Assembly (NCBI GenBank): GCA_963724495.1
Contig: CAVRUZ010000005.1
Coordinates: 94,193 to 158,192 of the forward strand
Direction: 5' to 3'
Length of the DNA: 64,000 nucleotides
From: an uncultured Actinomycetota bacterium
GTDB lineage: Bacteria; Actinomycetota; Actinomycetes; Propionibacteriales; DAIQRJ01
The first letter of the stretch is position 1, and each line of letters opens with the position of its first letter. Positions 1 to 10,353 of this stretch are shown in pieces. The notes beneath the pieces are model-generated. The model was not told the DNA's origin. It was given only the letters and a program-made list of their open reading frames with translations, and ran no database searches. The position numbers and the translations under genes are program-made.

Positions 1-1295
1 GCGGGTTGATGTACAACCGCGCGGTGGCCAAGCGCGACCACCTGCGACTCGTCGGTCTGCTCGACCCCAACCCGGTCCGGATGAAGTACCACAGCGACGC
101 CCACGTGGCGGCAGGACGGGATGCGGTCGCCACCTACGGTCCCGACGACTTCGACGCGATGGTGCGCGAACAGGACGTCGACACGATCGTCGTCACCAGC
201 GTGGACCGCACGCACAGCGACTACATCGTGGCCGGACTCGAAGCGGGCCTGCGGGTGATCACCGAGAAACCCCTCACGACCGACTTCGACAAGGCCCGCC
301 GGATCCTCGACACGGTCGAGCGCACGGGCAACCACCCCACGGTCACCTTCAACTACCGCTACAGCCCGATCGCGACGACGTTCTCCGAACTGATCGGCGC
401 TGGCGCCATCGGTGACGTCGTGTCGGTGCACTTCGAGTGGATGCTCGACACCTCTCACGGCGCCGACTACTTCCGCCGGTGGCACCGCGACAAGGCGAAC
501 TCCGGCGGGCTGATGATCCACAAGGCCAGTCACCACTTCGACCTGATCAACTGGAGCATCCGCCAGCAGCCCGACGAGGTGATGGGCTACGGGCGGCTCG
601 CCTTCTACGGAAGGGAGAACGGGGAACGGCTCGACCTGCGGCACGATTACGAGCGAGCGTCCGGAAGCCCTGCGGCCGCGGACGACCCGTTCGCGATCGA
701 CCTGTCGTCGACCGAGCAGCACCGCGACCTGTACCTGGCTGCCGAGTCGTCCGACGGCTACATCCGCGACCAGAACGTCTTCGGCGACGGCATCACGATC
801 GAGGACGACATGGCGGTGCTCGTGAAGTACCGGCAGGGCGCCACGCTGACCTACCACCTCACCGCGTATTCGCCGTGGGAGGGCTACCGGTTCATGGTCA
901 ACGGCACGAAGGGCCGGCTGGAGCTGGAGAACAACGAGAGCGTCTGGACGCGGCCCCGAACCGGTACGAGCACACCTGCGCCGGCGATCCACGGCACCGA
1001 GGCGGCCGAGAACGCAGGCGGCACCCGCATCCTGCTGCGGCCGCACTGGCAACCGCCGCGCGAGGTGCCCGTGGTGTTCGACCACTCAGGGCACGGCGGC
1101 GGTGACGTTCGCCTGCTCACCGACCTGTTCGGCCCCGAGCCAGGCTCGGAGATCACGCCCTCGGACCCGGCGCTGCGGCTGCAGGCCGGCGAGGTCGACG
1201 GCGTGCACGCGATGGGGATCGGCGCCGCGGCGAACCTCGCGTTCGAGTCGGGCCAGCCGGTCCGCATCGCCGAGGCGCTGGGCCGCGACATCTAG
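1..1295 (+). CDS. Gfo/Idh/MocA family oxidoreductase (5' end cut by window edge)
   Basis: The ORF is open to the window edge and the N-terminal Rossmann GxGxxG is absent, so the start lies upstream. Family-typical core segments are present: 'VITEKPLTT' and 'GGLMIHKASHHFDLINW'. Stop at 1293-1295. Confidence 0.8.
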   Translation, partial: GLMYNRAVAKRDHLRLVGLLDPNPVRMKYHSDAHVAAGRDAVATYGPDDFDAMVREQDVDTIVVTSVDRTHSDYIVAGLEAGLRVITEKPLTTDFDKARRILDTVERTGNHPTVTFNYRYSPIATTFSELIGAGAIGDVVSVHFEWMLDTSHGADYFRRWHRDKANSGGLMIHKASHHFDLINWSIRQQPDEVMGYGRLAFYGRENGERLDLRHDYERASGSPAAADDPFAIDLSSTEQHRDLYLAAESSDGYIRDQNVFGDGITIEDDMAVLVKYRQGATLTYHLTAYSPWEGYRFMVNGTKGRLELENNESVWTRPRTGTSTPAPAIHGTEAAENAGGTRILLRPHWQPPREVPVVFDHSGHGGGDVRLLTDLFGPEPGSEITPSDPALRLQAGEVDGVHAMGIGAAANLAFESGQPVRIAEALGRDI

Positions 1296-1353
1296 GGCTT
1301 CGACGCCCCGACCTCGCCAACCACGCCGCGCCACCCACTCGCTCGCGGCGAGA

Positions 1354-1400
1354 GGGCGCAATCTGTTGCCTGCGGGCGCTCGGAGCAACAGATTGCGCCC
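1354..1400. terminator. Bidirectional hairpin between convergent genes
   Basis: Perfect 16-bp inverted repeat GGGCGCAATCTGTTGC / GCAACAGATTGCGCCC with a 15-nt loop. It lies between the stop at 1295 (+) and the stop at 1447 (-). No U-tract. Confidence 0.6.
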
Positions 1401-1446
1401 ACTCGATCGGCCTGTTGGGCGCTGGGGTCGCGGCCGCCGCCTGGCG

Positions 1447-2277
1447 TCAGGCCGGGCCGAACCAGCGGTCGAGCTCGGCTGCTGTCCCCTGCTCGTCGTA
1501 CCGGCCGGTGACCGCGTCGGCGGCCGCCTGCACCTCGGGCGGAGCGTCGCCCACCGCGACGCCGCGGCCGGCGAACTGCAGCATCTCGATGTCGTTGCGG
1601 CCGTCGCCGATCGCGAGGACGTAACCCGGGTGCACGCCGATCAGCCGGCAGACCTCGTCGAGTCCCGCGGCCTTGGACACCCCGCGCGGGTTGATGTCCA
1701 GCCAGGCGGAGTAGCCGACGTAGTAGGTGATGTCGTGCATGCCCAGCTGCTGGGCCAGGTGCTCGATCTCTTCCTCGGTGCCATCTTCGTCGCGGACGAT
1801 CACCCGCGTGACGGGTTCGCTCAGCAGATCCTCCAGCGCGTGCACGCTCACGGCTCCGGACAGATCGCCGGCGGGGAACGGCCGGTTGACCCAGTACCCG
1901 TCCGGGCGGTCGACGCCGATGGCGAGGCCGGGCCGGAGGTCGAGCACCGCCTGCACGACGGGTGCCGGATCGAACACCTGGCGGCCGAACTCCTCGTACT
2001 GCTCCGGCTGCGCGGGATCGTAGGAGACCGACACGGCACCGTTCTGGGTGACGGCGAAGCCAGCCGGCAGGCCGAGGTCCGTCGCGACCGTGATCGTCGT
2101 GCGGAAGGTGCGGCCGGTGGCGAGGACGACAGGGATCCCGGCGGCAACGACGCGCTGCACAGAAGCCCGCAGGTCGGCGTCCAGCTCACCGTCGCGCGAG
2201 AGCAGGGTCCCGTCGACGTCGAGCGCCACCAGCTTCGGTGCCCACTCCTCGTCCGGCTCGATGTCGAGCGCGCTCAC
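1447..2277 (-). CDS. Cof-type HAD-IIB family hydrolase
   Basis: 276-aa ORF with HAD motif I '[10 protein letters not shown]' and distal '[12 protein letters not shown]'. Its GTG start overlaps the serS stop (GTGA), indicating translational coupling. Confidence 0.85.
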   Translation of the reverse strand: MSALDIEPDEEWAPKLVALDVDGTLLSRDGELDADLRASVQRVVAAGIPVVLATGRTFRTTITVATDLGLPAGFAVTQNGAVSVSYDPAQPEQYEEFGRQVFDPAPVVQAVLDLRPGLAIGVDRPDGYWVNRPFPAGDLSGAVSVHALEDLLSEPVTRVIVRDEDGTEEEIEHLAQQLGMHDITYYVGYSAWLDINPRGVSKAAGLDEVCRLIGVHPGYVLAIGDGRNDIEMLQFAGRGVAVGDAPPEVQAAADAVTGRYDEQGTAAELDRWFGPA

Positions 2278-3548
2278 TGCGCGGTCGGGACGAGTCGGTC
2301 GGTGCCCAGGTAGCGCTGCAGCGGCTCGGGGACCAGCACCGACCCGTCGGCCTGCTGGTGCGTCTCCAGCAGCGCGACGATCGTCCGGGTCACGGCCATC
2401 AGTGTGCCGTTCAGGGTCGCCACCGGCTCGGTCCCCTTGACCCCGCGTTGCCGGATGTTCAGCCGCCGGGTCTGGAACTCCGTGCAGTTCGACGCCGACG
2501 TGAGTTCGCGGTACCTGCCCTGGGTCGGGATCCAGACCTCGCAGTCGAACTTCCGCGCCGCCGACAGGCCGAGGTCACCGGCGGCGGTGTCGATGACGCG
2601 ATAGGCGAGACCCAACGATGTCAGCCAGTCCTTCTCGTACTCCAGCAGGCGCTGGTGCTCAGCCTCGGCCTGGTCGGGGTGTACGAACGCGAACATCTCC
2701 ACCTTGTCGAACCAGTGCACGCGGATGATCCCGCGCGTGTCCTTGCCGTAGGTGCCCGCCTCGCGCCGGTAGCACGGGCTCACGGCGGCGTACCGCAGCG
2801 GCAGTGAGCCGGCCTCCAGGATCTCGTCGCTGTGGAACGCAGCCAGCGGCACCTCCGACGTCCCGACCAGGTAGAGGTCGTCGCGTTCGAGGTAGTACAC
2901 GTCCTCGGCCGCCTGGCCGAGGAAGCCGGTGCCCTCCATCGCGGAGGGGCGTACCAGCGCCGGCGGAATCATCGACGTGAACCCCCACGACCGCGCGGTG
3001 TCCATGGCGAGCTGGATCAGCGCAAGTTCCAGCTGGGCGCCGACACCGACGAGGTAGTAGAAGCGCGCTCCCGACACCTTCACGCCGCGCTCGATGTCGA
3101 TGGCCTGATGCATTCGGCCGAGGTCGACGTGGTCGCGGGGCTCGAACCCCTCCGCGGCGAAGTCGCGCGGTGTGCCGACGGTCTCCAGCACCACGAAGTC
3201 GTCCTCGCCACCGGCCGGTACCTCCGGCAGGACAACGTTGGGGATCTGGGCGACCAGGGCGTCGAAGGTCGCCGCCGCCTCGGTCTGCCTCCCCTCGGCC
3301 GCCTTGACCGCGTCGGCAAGCTCCCGGCCTCGAGCGAGCAGGGCCGCCTTCTCGTCACCGGCAGCCCGGCCGATCTCCCGGCCGAACGCCTTCTGCTCAC
3401 CGCGCAACCGCTCGAACTCGGCGATCGCGCTCCGGCGGTCCTTGTCGGCGGCGACGGCATCATCGACGGACGACGGGTCCAGGCCGCGCCGCTGCTGGCT
3501 CTCCCGGATCCGGTCAGGCTCCTCACGGAGCATCGTCACGTCGATCAT
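2274..3548 (-). CDS. serS: Serine--tRNA ligase
   Basis: 424 aa with an N-terminal coiled-coil arm and a class II core ('GARFYYL', '[10 protein letters not shown]', '[19 protein letters not shown]'). A GGAGGA RBS lies just upstream of the ATG at 3548. Confidence 0.95.
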   Translation of the reverse strand: MIDVTMLREEPDRIRESQQRRGLDPSSVDDAVAADKDRRSAIAEFERLRGEQKAFGREIGRAAGDEKAALLARGRELADAVKAAEGRQTEAAATFDALVAQIPNVVLPEVPAGGEDDFVVLETVGTPRDFAAEGFEPRDHVDLGRMHQAIDIERGVKVSGARFYYLVGVGAQLELALIQLAMDTARSWGFTSMIPPALVRPSAMEGTGFLGQAAEDVYYLERDDLYLVGTSEVPLAAFHSDEILEAGSLPLRYAAVSPCYRREAGTYGKDTRGIIRVHWFDKVEMFAFVHPDQAEAEHQRLLEYEKDWLTSLGLAYRVIDTAAGDLGLSAARKFDCEVWIPTQGRYRELTSASNCTEFQTRRLNIRQRGVKGTEPVATLNGTLMAVTRTIVALLETHQQADGSVLVPEPLQRYLGTDRLVPTAQ

Positions 3549-3747
3549 GCATCCTCCTCAGGGCAGGCGGAGCCAACGCTAGTTGCGTCGCGGTGTGGTG
3601 TGCGCCCGGTTTCCGGTGCGCGGGCGGCGGGCAAGTCTGGCCACCAGGTCGCGCGACTGCCGTCTCGCGGAGCGATTCCCGCGACTGGCGGCCACTTCTG
3701 CTCGGATGTCCGGCTGCGAACCACGCCCTGGCAGGTACAACTGACGA

Positions 3748-5544
3748 GTGAGCGCTCAGCGGGACCTGCTGCGACGGCGAGGCCTGCGTCGCCTCGCCCG
3801 GCGGATCCCGGCCGGCGTGGACAGCGGCGCCGAGTCGATGCGACCACCGTCGACGTTCACGATGGCTGTCGCGATGGCCGTGGCCGGCGCCCTCTTCCTC
3901 CTGCTGCTGATCGGCGCCGCGACCCAGGTCCCGTGGCTCGTTCAGGCCGACCTGTGGCTGCCCGAACGGGCCAGCGATCTGCTCCGTGGCCACCCGACGT
4001 CCATCGAAGTCGTGGCTCTCTTCCGCTGGATCGTCTCCCCACCGGTCGGCGTCCTGGCCGCCGGGGCCGTGGCGATCATCCTGGTGCAGCGGAGAGCCCG
4101 GCGCCTGGCCGCCTGGCTGGCGGTGACGCCGCCGCTCACCTGGGTGATGGTCCAGCTGGTGCGGTCCCTGATCGACCGGCCGGAACCCTTTACCGCACTG
4201 ATCGTCGCCGGAACCGGGTTCCCCTCCCCCTACGCCGCCGTCTCGGTCTCGACGATCGGAGCGCTCCTGATCGTGGCCGTGCTGAGCTGGCCCCGCTGGC
4301 AGTGGTTCGCCCGCAGCCTGGCGGTGACCGTCGTAGTCGTCGCAGCAGGAAGCCAGCTGGTCCTCGGCCTGCAGACACCCATCGACATCGTCGGCGGCTG
4401 GTTGCTCGGGTTCGGCGTGCTCGGTGCTACCTGCCTGGCGTTCGGCGTCTCGCACGCCCGCCGCCGTCCGCTCCCGCTCCGCGAAGCGCACCACCTGCCC
4501 GGCACCCGCCCGACCGTCGCGGTGATCTACAACCCGGTGAAGATGGCGTCCGAGGCCGACTTCCGGGAACTGGTCACCGCGGCCGCGGATGACGCCGACT
4601 ACGAACCGCCGGTGTTCCTGTCGACGAGTGCTCTCGATCCCGGTCACGCGATGGCGAAGGAGGCGATCGCGTCGCGCCCATCGCTCGTGCTCGTGGCCGG
4701 CGGGGACGGAACCGTCCGGGCCGTCTGCAGCGAGCTGTCTGGTTCCCGCATCCCGCTCGGCATCGTGCCCACCGGCACCGGCAACCTGCTGGCCCGAAAC
4801 CTCGACCTGCCCCTGGAACAGCCCGAAGCGATCCTGGTGGCGTTCAGTGGCGAGGACCGCATCATCGACATGCTGGTGGGCTCCGGGGACAACCTGCCGC
4901 GGCAGCGGTTCGCGGTGATGGCGGGACTCGGGCTCGACGCCGCCGCGAGCGAGGTTGGTGACCGGCTCAAGCGGCAGGTCGGCTGGATGGCCTACGTGGT
5001 CTCGGGCGCCCGGCACTTCTCGCTGCCGGCGGTGGACGTGGAGGTCGTCATCGACGGCGCACCCCCGGAACGCTTCCGGGCCCGGTCGGTGATGATCGGC
5101 AACGTGGGGACGCTCACCGGCGGCGTCGAACTGATCCCCCACGCCCTTCCCGACGACGGGCTCCTGAACGTCGTGGTGGTCTCGCCGACCCACCTCCTGG
5201 ACTGGTCGCGGATGGTGCTGGCGCTGCTCAGAAAGCGACACCGCGGCTACGACCGGCTCACGTTCCGCTCGGGCGCCTCGGTCCGGATCTCGGTGCTGGA
5301 CGAGGAGCCCGTTCCGCGTCAACTCGACGGTGACGTGGTCACGCGCGGTCGGCGGCTGACCGCCACGGTGGTGCCCGGCGTGCTGACCGTCCGGGTCCCG
5401 GCGGGCACCCGGCCGGCAGCGATAGGCCAGTCACCCGACACCGTCGCCGCACCGGTCCTGACGGCCGTGCCAACGGGAAGACCGGGTGCGCTCAGCCGGC
5501 CAGGACCAGCTCGAGCGACTCCGCCGCCCCGTCGACCAGCCTGA
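3748..5544 (+). CDS. Fusion protein: degenerate PAP2-like membrane domain + diacylglycerol/lipid kinase catalytic domain
   Basis: The N-terminal ~230 aa are multi-TM with a PAP2-like motif skeleton. The C-terminal half has DAGK motifs 'VAGGDGTVRAV' and 'PTGTGNLLARNL'. The start is uncertain (GTG 3748 or ATG 3838). The last ~50 nt overlap the convergent gene and lose the GC3 bias. Confidence 0.8.
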   Translation: MSAQRDLLRRRGLRRLARRIPAGVDSGAESMRPPSTFTMAVAMAVAGALFLLLLIGAATQVPWLVQADLWLPERASDLLRGHPTSIEVVALFRWIVSPPVGVLAAGAVAIILVQRRARRLAAWLAVTPPLTWVMVQLVRSLIDRPEPFTALIVAGTGFPSPYAAVSVSTIGALLIVAVLSWPRWQWFARSLAVTVVVVAAGSQLVLGLQTPIDIVGGWLLGFGVLGATCLAFGVSHARRRPLPLREAHHLPGTRPTVAVIYNPVKMASEADFRELVTAAADDADYEPPVFLSTSALDPGHAMAKEAIASRPSLVLVAGGDGTVRAVCSELSGSRIPLGIVPTGTGNLLARNLDLPLEQPEAILVAFSGEDRIIDMLVGSGDNLPRQRFAVMAGLGLDAAASEVGDRLKRQVGWMAYVVSGARHFSLPAVDVEVVIDGAPPERFRARSVMIGNVGTLTGGVELIPHALPDDGLLNVVVVSPTHLLDWSRMVLALLRKRHRGYDRLTFRSGASVRISVLDEEPVPRQLDGDVVTRGRRLTATVVPGVLTVRVPAGTRPAAIGQSPDTVAAPVLTAVPTGRPGALSRPGPARATPPPRRPA

Positions 5545-7414
5545 CCGGGACTCCCCAGTCCTGCTGGTGGATGTGGCAGGTGCCGTGCTCGGCGTCGATG
5601 TCGCAGCTGGCAGCCCGGGCCGACACGTGCAGCACGCCCTCGGTGAACTCGTCGGAGAACGTCAGCTCCCGGACGAGCTCGGTCGAAGTACCGGCGCCGT
5701 GCAACAGCAGTCCCGGCGGGCTGGAGTCGACCATCACCTGCGTCGACGGCCCCAGCGAGTCGTCGAGCTTCTGCCCGGGCGGTGGCGTGAAGACAACGGA
5801 CACGTCGATCCCGTCCGGCGACAGCTCGATCGCCGGGCGATGGGCGTGCTGCGCGGACTGGTCGGCATGGACCGCGGCACCGAGCGGCACCCGCGTGAGC
5901 CGGTGGCCGGACGACTCGACCACCACCAGCGTGTCGCCATCGACAAAGCCACCGGACGGCTCGGCCAGGCCGGTGGCCAGCGTGCTGAGGTGCCAGCCCT
6001 GTCGCGGGTCGTCCTCCGGCGCCACCACGTCGCCGTACTCGTCCGGCGCCTCGGGCTCGGGCACCGGCAGGGCGGTCGAGGGATCGAAGCGCAGTCGGCG
6101 GATCGCCCCGTTGTACGTGTCGTGCACGGCGAGGGACCCGTCCGGCAACGTGGTGACGCCCAGCGGATGCTGCAGCAGAGCCAGCGGAGCTGGGCCGTCG
6201 ACCAGCCCGAAGTCGAACAGGCCCTGGCCCACCAGCGTCGCGACCTGCAGCGTCCCGTCCTCGTCGGCCGTGATGCTCCGCACGGAGGAGGTCTCGGCGT
6301 CCGCGACGAACAGCGTCGAGCCGTCGGCCGAGACCGCGAGTCCCGACGGCTGTGCGAACCATGCCGCCTCCGCGGCACCGTCCTCCAGCCCTTCGGTGGT
6401 TGTCCCGGCGGCCACCTCGACCGCTCCGGACGCGGGATCGAAGGTCCACAACTGATGGATGCCGGCCATGGCGATCCAGACGCGGTCGGCGAACCAGGCC
6501 ACATCCCACGGCGTGGAGAGCGAGGTCGTGCCGCCGCCCTGCATCCACTGCCGACCGTTGCCCGCGAGCGTGCGGACCGTGCCGTCGGCCAGCCGGACAC
6601 CTCGGAGCAGGTGATGGGCGGAGTCGGCGACCACGACGTCGTACCCGACCTGCTCGGCCACCGCCGGCGGCAGCACGCACAGCCCGTTGGGTTCGGCGAA
6701 CTCGGCCTCGCCTGGTCCGCCGTCGGCGGACCCGCGCCGGCCGGACCCGATCACCCGGATCTCAGCGGCAGCCTCGTCGCCGACGGCGTCGGCGGCCAGC
6801 TGGACGAGGCGGTTCGAGCCGGCGTCGGCGACCAGCACCGAGCCGTCAGCCAGCCGGATGGCCTTCGCTGGGAAGCGCAGCGTTCCCGGTGCGGCCGGCG
6901 GTGCCACGTATGGGTCGTCGCCGGGCTGCAGCGATCCGGCGTCCTGGTAGCGCGGCGTGAGGTCGTCGATCATGCGCTCGATGGCGTGCGCGTGGCCCTC
7001 GCCGGCGTACTGCGCCACCACATAGCCCTCGGGATCGATCAGCACGAGCGTCGGCCAGGCCCGAGCGGTGTAGGCGCCCCACGTGACGAGGTCCGGGTCG
7101 TCGAGCACCGGGTGCTCGACCGAGTACCGCTGGACCGCCGCCGCCAAGGCATCCGGATCGGCCTCGTGCGCGAACTTGGGCGAGTGCACGCCGATCACGA
7201 CGAGTTCCCCGTGCCTGCGCCGCTCGGTGTCGCGCAGCTCCTCGAGGACGTGCAGGCAGTTCACGCAGCAGAACGTCCAGAAGTCGAGAATCACGAACCG
7301 ACCCCGAAGATCGGCGAGGTGCAGCTGTCGCCCACCGGTGTTCAGCCAGCCGCGGCCGGAGAGCTCTGGCGCTCGCACCCGCGTGGCGCGACGAAGATCG
7401 CGTTGCGCACTCAT
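5492..7414 (-). CDS. Thioredoxin-like (TlpA-type) domain protein with NHL/beta-propeller repeats
   Basis: Redox motif 'FWTFCCVNCLH' followed by repeated NHL-like segments ('PSGLAVSADGSTLFVADAETSSVR' etc.). I trimmed the track ORF (to 7648) to the ATG at 7414, which has a GGAGGAGTG RBS about 8 nt upstream. Confidence 0.85.
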   Translation of the reverse strand: MSAQRDLRRATRVRAPELSGRGWLNTGGRQLHLADLRGRFVILDFWTFCCVNCLHVLEELRDTERRRHGELVVIGVHSPKFAHEADPDALAAAVQRYSVEHPVLDDPDLVTWGAYTARAWPTLVLIDPEGYVVAQYAGEGHAHAIERMIDDLTPRYQDAGSLQPGDDPYVAPPAAPGTLRFPAKAIRLADGSVLVADAGSNRLVQLAADAVGDEAAAEIRVIGSGRRGSADGGPGEAEFAEPNGLCVLPPAVAEQVGYDVVVADSAHHLLRGVRLADGTVRTLAGNGRQWMQGGGTTSLSTPWDVAWFADRVWIAMAGIHQLWTFDPASGAVEVAAGTTTEGLEDGAAEAAWFAQPSGLAVSADGSTLFVADAETSSVRSITADEDGTLQVATLVGQGLFDFGLVDGPAPLALLQHPLGVTTLPDGSLAVHDTYNGAIRRLRFDPSTALPVPEPEAPDEYGDVVAPEDDPRQGWHLSTLATGLAEPSGGFVDGDTLVVVESSGHRLTRVPLGAAVHADQSAQHAHRPAIELSPDGIDVSVVFTPPPGQKLDDSLGPSTQVMVDSSPPGLLLHGAGTSTELVRELTFSDEFTEGVLHVSARAASCDIDAEHGTCHIHQQDWGVPVRLVDGAAESLELVLAG

Positions 7415-7617
7415 CTGGTCACTCCTCCGCCGCGTCGCACGCCGTCGAGACATGCGGGGCCGTCGAGACCCTGGCCTCATCCAACCCGAGCGCGACGCCG
7501 GGTGTTCCCGAGAGGTGAGCGCAAGCTCACGGTCCGACGTGTGCCACAGCACTGCCTGTTGGGCGCTGACCACATACCGTGAACGCCGACGCTGACGAGG
7601 GGTTGAGGAGACCGGAG

Positions 7618-9577
7618 ATGCGAGCTGCCCGCCGTGCCTGGGTGGCACGCGCCGTGGCGACGCTGGCCATCGCGGTCACCCTGGTCACCGCCGGCGCCTG
7701 CACCGGCGACGAGCCTGCCCGCCGGACCCAGTTCAGCGGCCCCCGCCGATGCTCCGCTGGTGCTCGACCGCAGCACCTTCGAGACCACCGTTGCGTCCTA
7801 CCTGTCCGCATGGTCGGCGGTCTGGCTCGACTCGGCGAACGCGGACGGCCGCAAGGCCGTCGTCGATCTCACCGGGGACGCGGCCTTCGCCGGGCGGCTG
7901 ATCGACGTCGGCACGACCATGCAGGTGACGGCTGTGGACGTCGTTCCGGAGGCTGGACACGGGCCCGAGTGCCGGACGAGTGTCCGCTGCCGGCAGTCGC
8001 TGTCGGTGACCGTGGACCTCAAGGGCCTTGGCGAGGCGCGCTGGACGTCCAGCCTCGGTGCGGTGAAGGCCGCCGACGGATGGGACGTCCTGCCCGACCC
8101 CGAGTCGATCCATCCCGACCTGACCGACGGCACCCGCCTGCGGCGGGTCCGCGAGCTGCCGGACCGGGCTCCGATCCTGGACCGCGACGGGGTGAAGCTG
8201 ATGTCGTCCCGGCCGGTCGTGTACGTGGGACTCGAGAAGGGGAAGGCCACCGCCGCGAGTGCCCGCAGGCTCGCCAACAAGCTCGAGATCGACCCCGGCG
8301 ACCTGACCAGACGGCTGAAGGCGGCCGGCAAGTCGCAGTTCGTCGAGGCCCTGGTGCTGCGCAAGGGCGAGTACGACCAGGTGAAGGCGAGCATCGGCGG
8401 CATCACCGGGCTGGCCGTGATCGAGGGACGCCGGGCGCTGGCGGACAACGCGCAGTTCGGCCGCAGCGTCCTCGGCATCGTGGTGCCCGCGACCGCGGAG
8501 ACCCTGAAGAACGCCGGGCCGAGCGCGATCGCGAGCGACGAGGTGGGCGCGTTCGGCCTGCAGTTCGCCTTCCAGCGGCGGCTGGCCGGGAGCCCGACGA
8601 CCGCGGTCCGCATCGTCAGCCCGGCCACCGGGAAAGTGGTCGCGACGCTGGCCGAATCGAAGGGCAAGCCCGGACAGTCGCTTCGCACCACGCTGCAGGC
8701 CCGGGCACAGCGGGCGGCCGAGAACGCCCTCGACGCGGCACCTGGCAAGGCCCGGGTGTCGATCGTCGCCGTGCAGGCCTCCACCGGACAGGTTCTGGCG
8801 GTGGCCAACGGGCAGGGGCTGGTCAACGAGAACCGGGCCTTCACCGGTCGATATGCCCCAGGTTCCACCTTCAAGATCGTGTCCGCTGCCGCTTTGCTCG
8901 ACAGCGGAATGACGTCTGCGTCCAGCGTGAACTGCACCGACCGTGTCGTCGTCGACGGCGCCACGTTCGGCAACTACGACGCACTCCTGGCTCCGGGGCG
9001 CACCACCCTGGCGCACGCGGTGTCGCTCTCGTGCAACACGGCCCTGATCCGCGAACGCAACCGGGTCGACGGTGATGCGCTGCCCACCATGGCCGGTGAC
9101 TTCGGGATCGGCGCCGACTGGGACCTGCCACTCGGTGCATGGTCGGGCGAGGTCCCCGAACCGGCGGGTCAGACCGAGCTCGCCGCCTCGATGATCGGCC
9201 AGGGCCGCATCAGCGTGAGTCCACTGGCGATGGCCGAGGTCGCCGCAGCCGTCCGGAGCGGGCGCTCACACCAGCCGACGCTCCTTGCCGGTGCCAACAC
9301 GGTTGCCGGGCCGGTGATCGCGCAGACCCAGGCACTGCGCGCGATGCTCGCCGACACCGCGACCACGGGAACCGCGAAGATCCTGGCCGGCCTCGCCGAC
9401 GGGGCGAAGACCGGCACAGCGGAGACAGGCTCGAAGGCAAAGGGGGCAGCCACCAACGCCTGGATGGTCGGCTACTCGGGCGACCTCGCCTTCGCCGTCA
9501 TCGTCGAAGGCGGGTCCTCTGGTGCCAAGGTCGCCGGCCCGGTTGCCAAGGCCTTCCTCGAGGACTACCGGGGATGA
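7618..9577 (+). CDS. Class B penicillin-binding lipoprotein (PBP-lipo-like), reading frame broken near the 5' end
   Basis: ORF 7634-9577 has an NTF2-like N-domain and transpeptidase motifs STFK, SCN and KTGT. The only export signal (MRAARRAWVARAVATLAIAVTLVTAGAC, lipobox Cys at 7699-7701, RBS GAGGAG) lies in the -1 neighbouring frame starting at ATG 7618. Confidence 0.75.
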
Positions 9578-9626
9578 CCGTGGCCGCAATCGTCGCTCGA
9601 TGTGACACACGTCACAGAGAAATAGC

Positions 9627-10322
9627 GTGACCACGCCGAACCCGCCCCCCGGTGCCGGACATAGAGAGGGTGTCGGCGCGGGAGGAGGGCCTTCCGACTC
9701 GGTGCTGTGGGCGCAGGCGGGCAAGGGGGATCCGTCGGCCTTCGGTGCACTGTTCGAACGGCACTCCCAACGCGTCTACAACCACTGCTTCCGCCGTACC
9801 GGCTCGTGGACCGCGGCCGAGGACCTCACCTCGGTCGTTTTCCTCGAAACCTGGCGGAAGCGGCGGGAAGTCAAGCTCAGCGACGAGTCGCTGCTGCCCT
9901 GGTTGTTGGCGGTCGCCAACAACGTGGTCCGTAACCGGGACCGCAGCCTCCGGCGGCATCGACGCCTGCTGGCGAAGCTTCCACCTGCCGTGGTCACCGC
10001 AAATCCTGCAGAGGAAGCGGTGGCGCGACTGGACGACGAGCGCGCGATGCAACGCGTCCTCGAGGTGTTCACCCGCCTCGTACCGGACGAGCAGGACGTA
10101 CTCGCACTCGTCGTCTGGGCCGGCCTGTCGTACACCGACACGGCCATTGCCCTGGGCGTGCCGATCGGCACGGTCAGGTCGCGGCTTGCACGTGCGCGGG
10201 AGCACCTGCGCAAGCTGGCCGGAGTGGATCCGGGGGCGGGACTGACGGGGGGTCCCGCGCCTGGGTCCGAACCGGGCGACAGCCTTAGCCCGGTAGTTCG
10301 GCACGAGCCCGGAAGTCCGTGA
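9627..10322 (+). CDS. RNA polymerase ECF-type sigma-70 factor
   Basis: Region 2 ('FGALFERHSQRVYNHCFRRTGSWTAAEDLTSVVFLETW') and a region 4 HTH ('LSYTDTAIALGVPIGTVRSRLARAREHL'). The exact start is uncertain. Confidence 0.85.
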   Translation: MTTPNPPPGAGHREGVGAGGGPSDSVLWAQAGKGDPSAFGALFERHSQRVYNHCFRRTGSWTAAEDLTSVVFLETWRKRREVKLSDESLLPWLLAVANNVVRNRDRSLRRHRRLLAKLPPAVVTANPAEEAVARLDDERAMQRVLEVFTRLVPDEQDVLALVVWAGLSYTDTAIALGVPIGTVRSRLARAREHLRKLAGVDPGAGLTGGPAPGSEPGDSLSPVVRHEPGSP

Positions 10323-10353
10323 CACGAGCTAGACCACTGAGGGGACTGACTGC

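Noticed and set aside
3748-7414. Two convergent neighbouring genes both begin with the peptide MSAQRDL (GTG 3748 and ATG 7414)
   Set aside because: The identity is limited to seven residues, the downstream sequences are unrelated, and the first start is itself uncertain. I treat this as coincidence.
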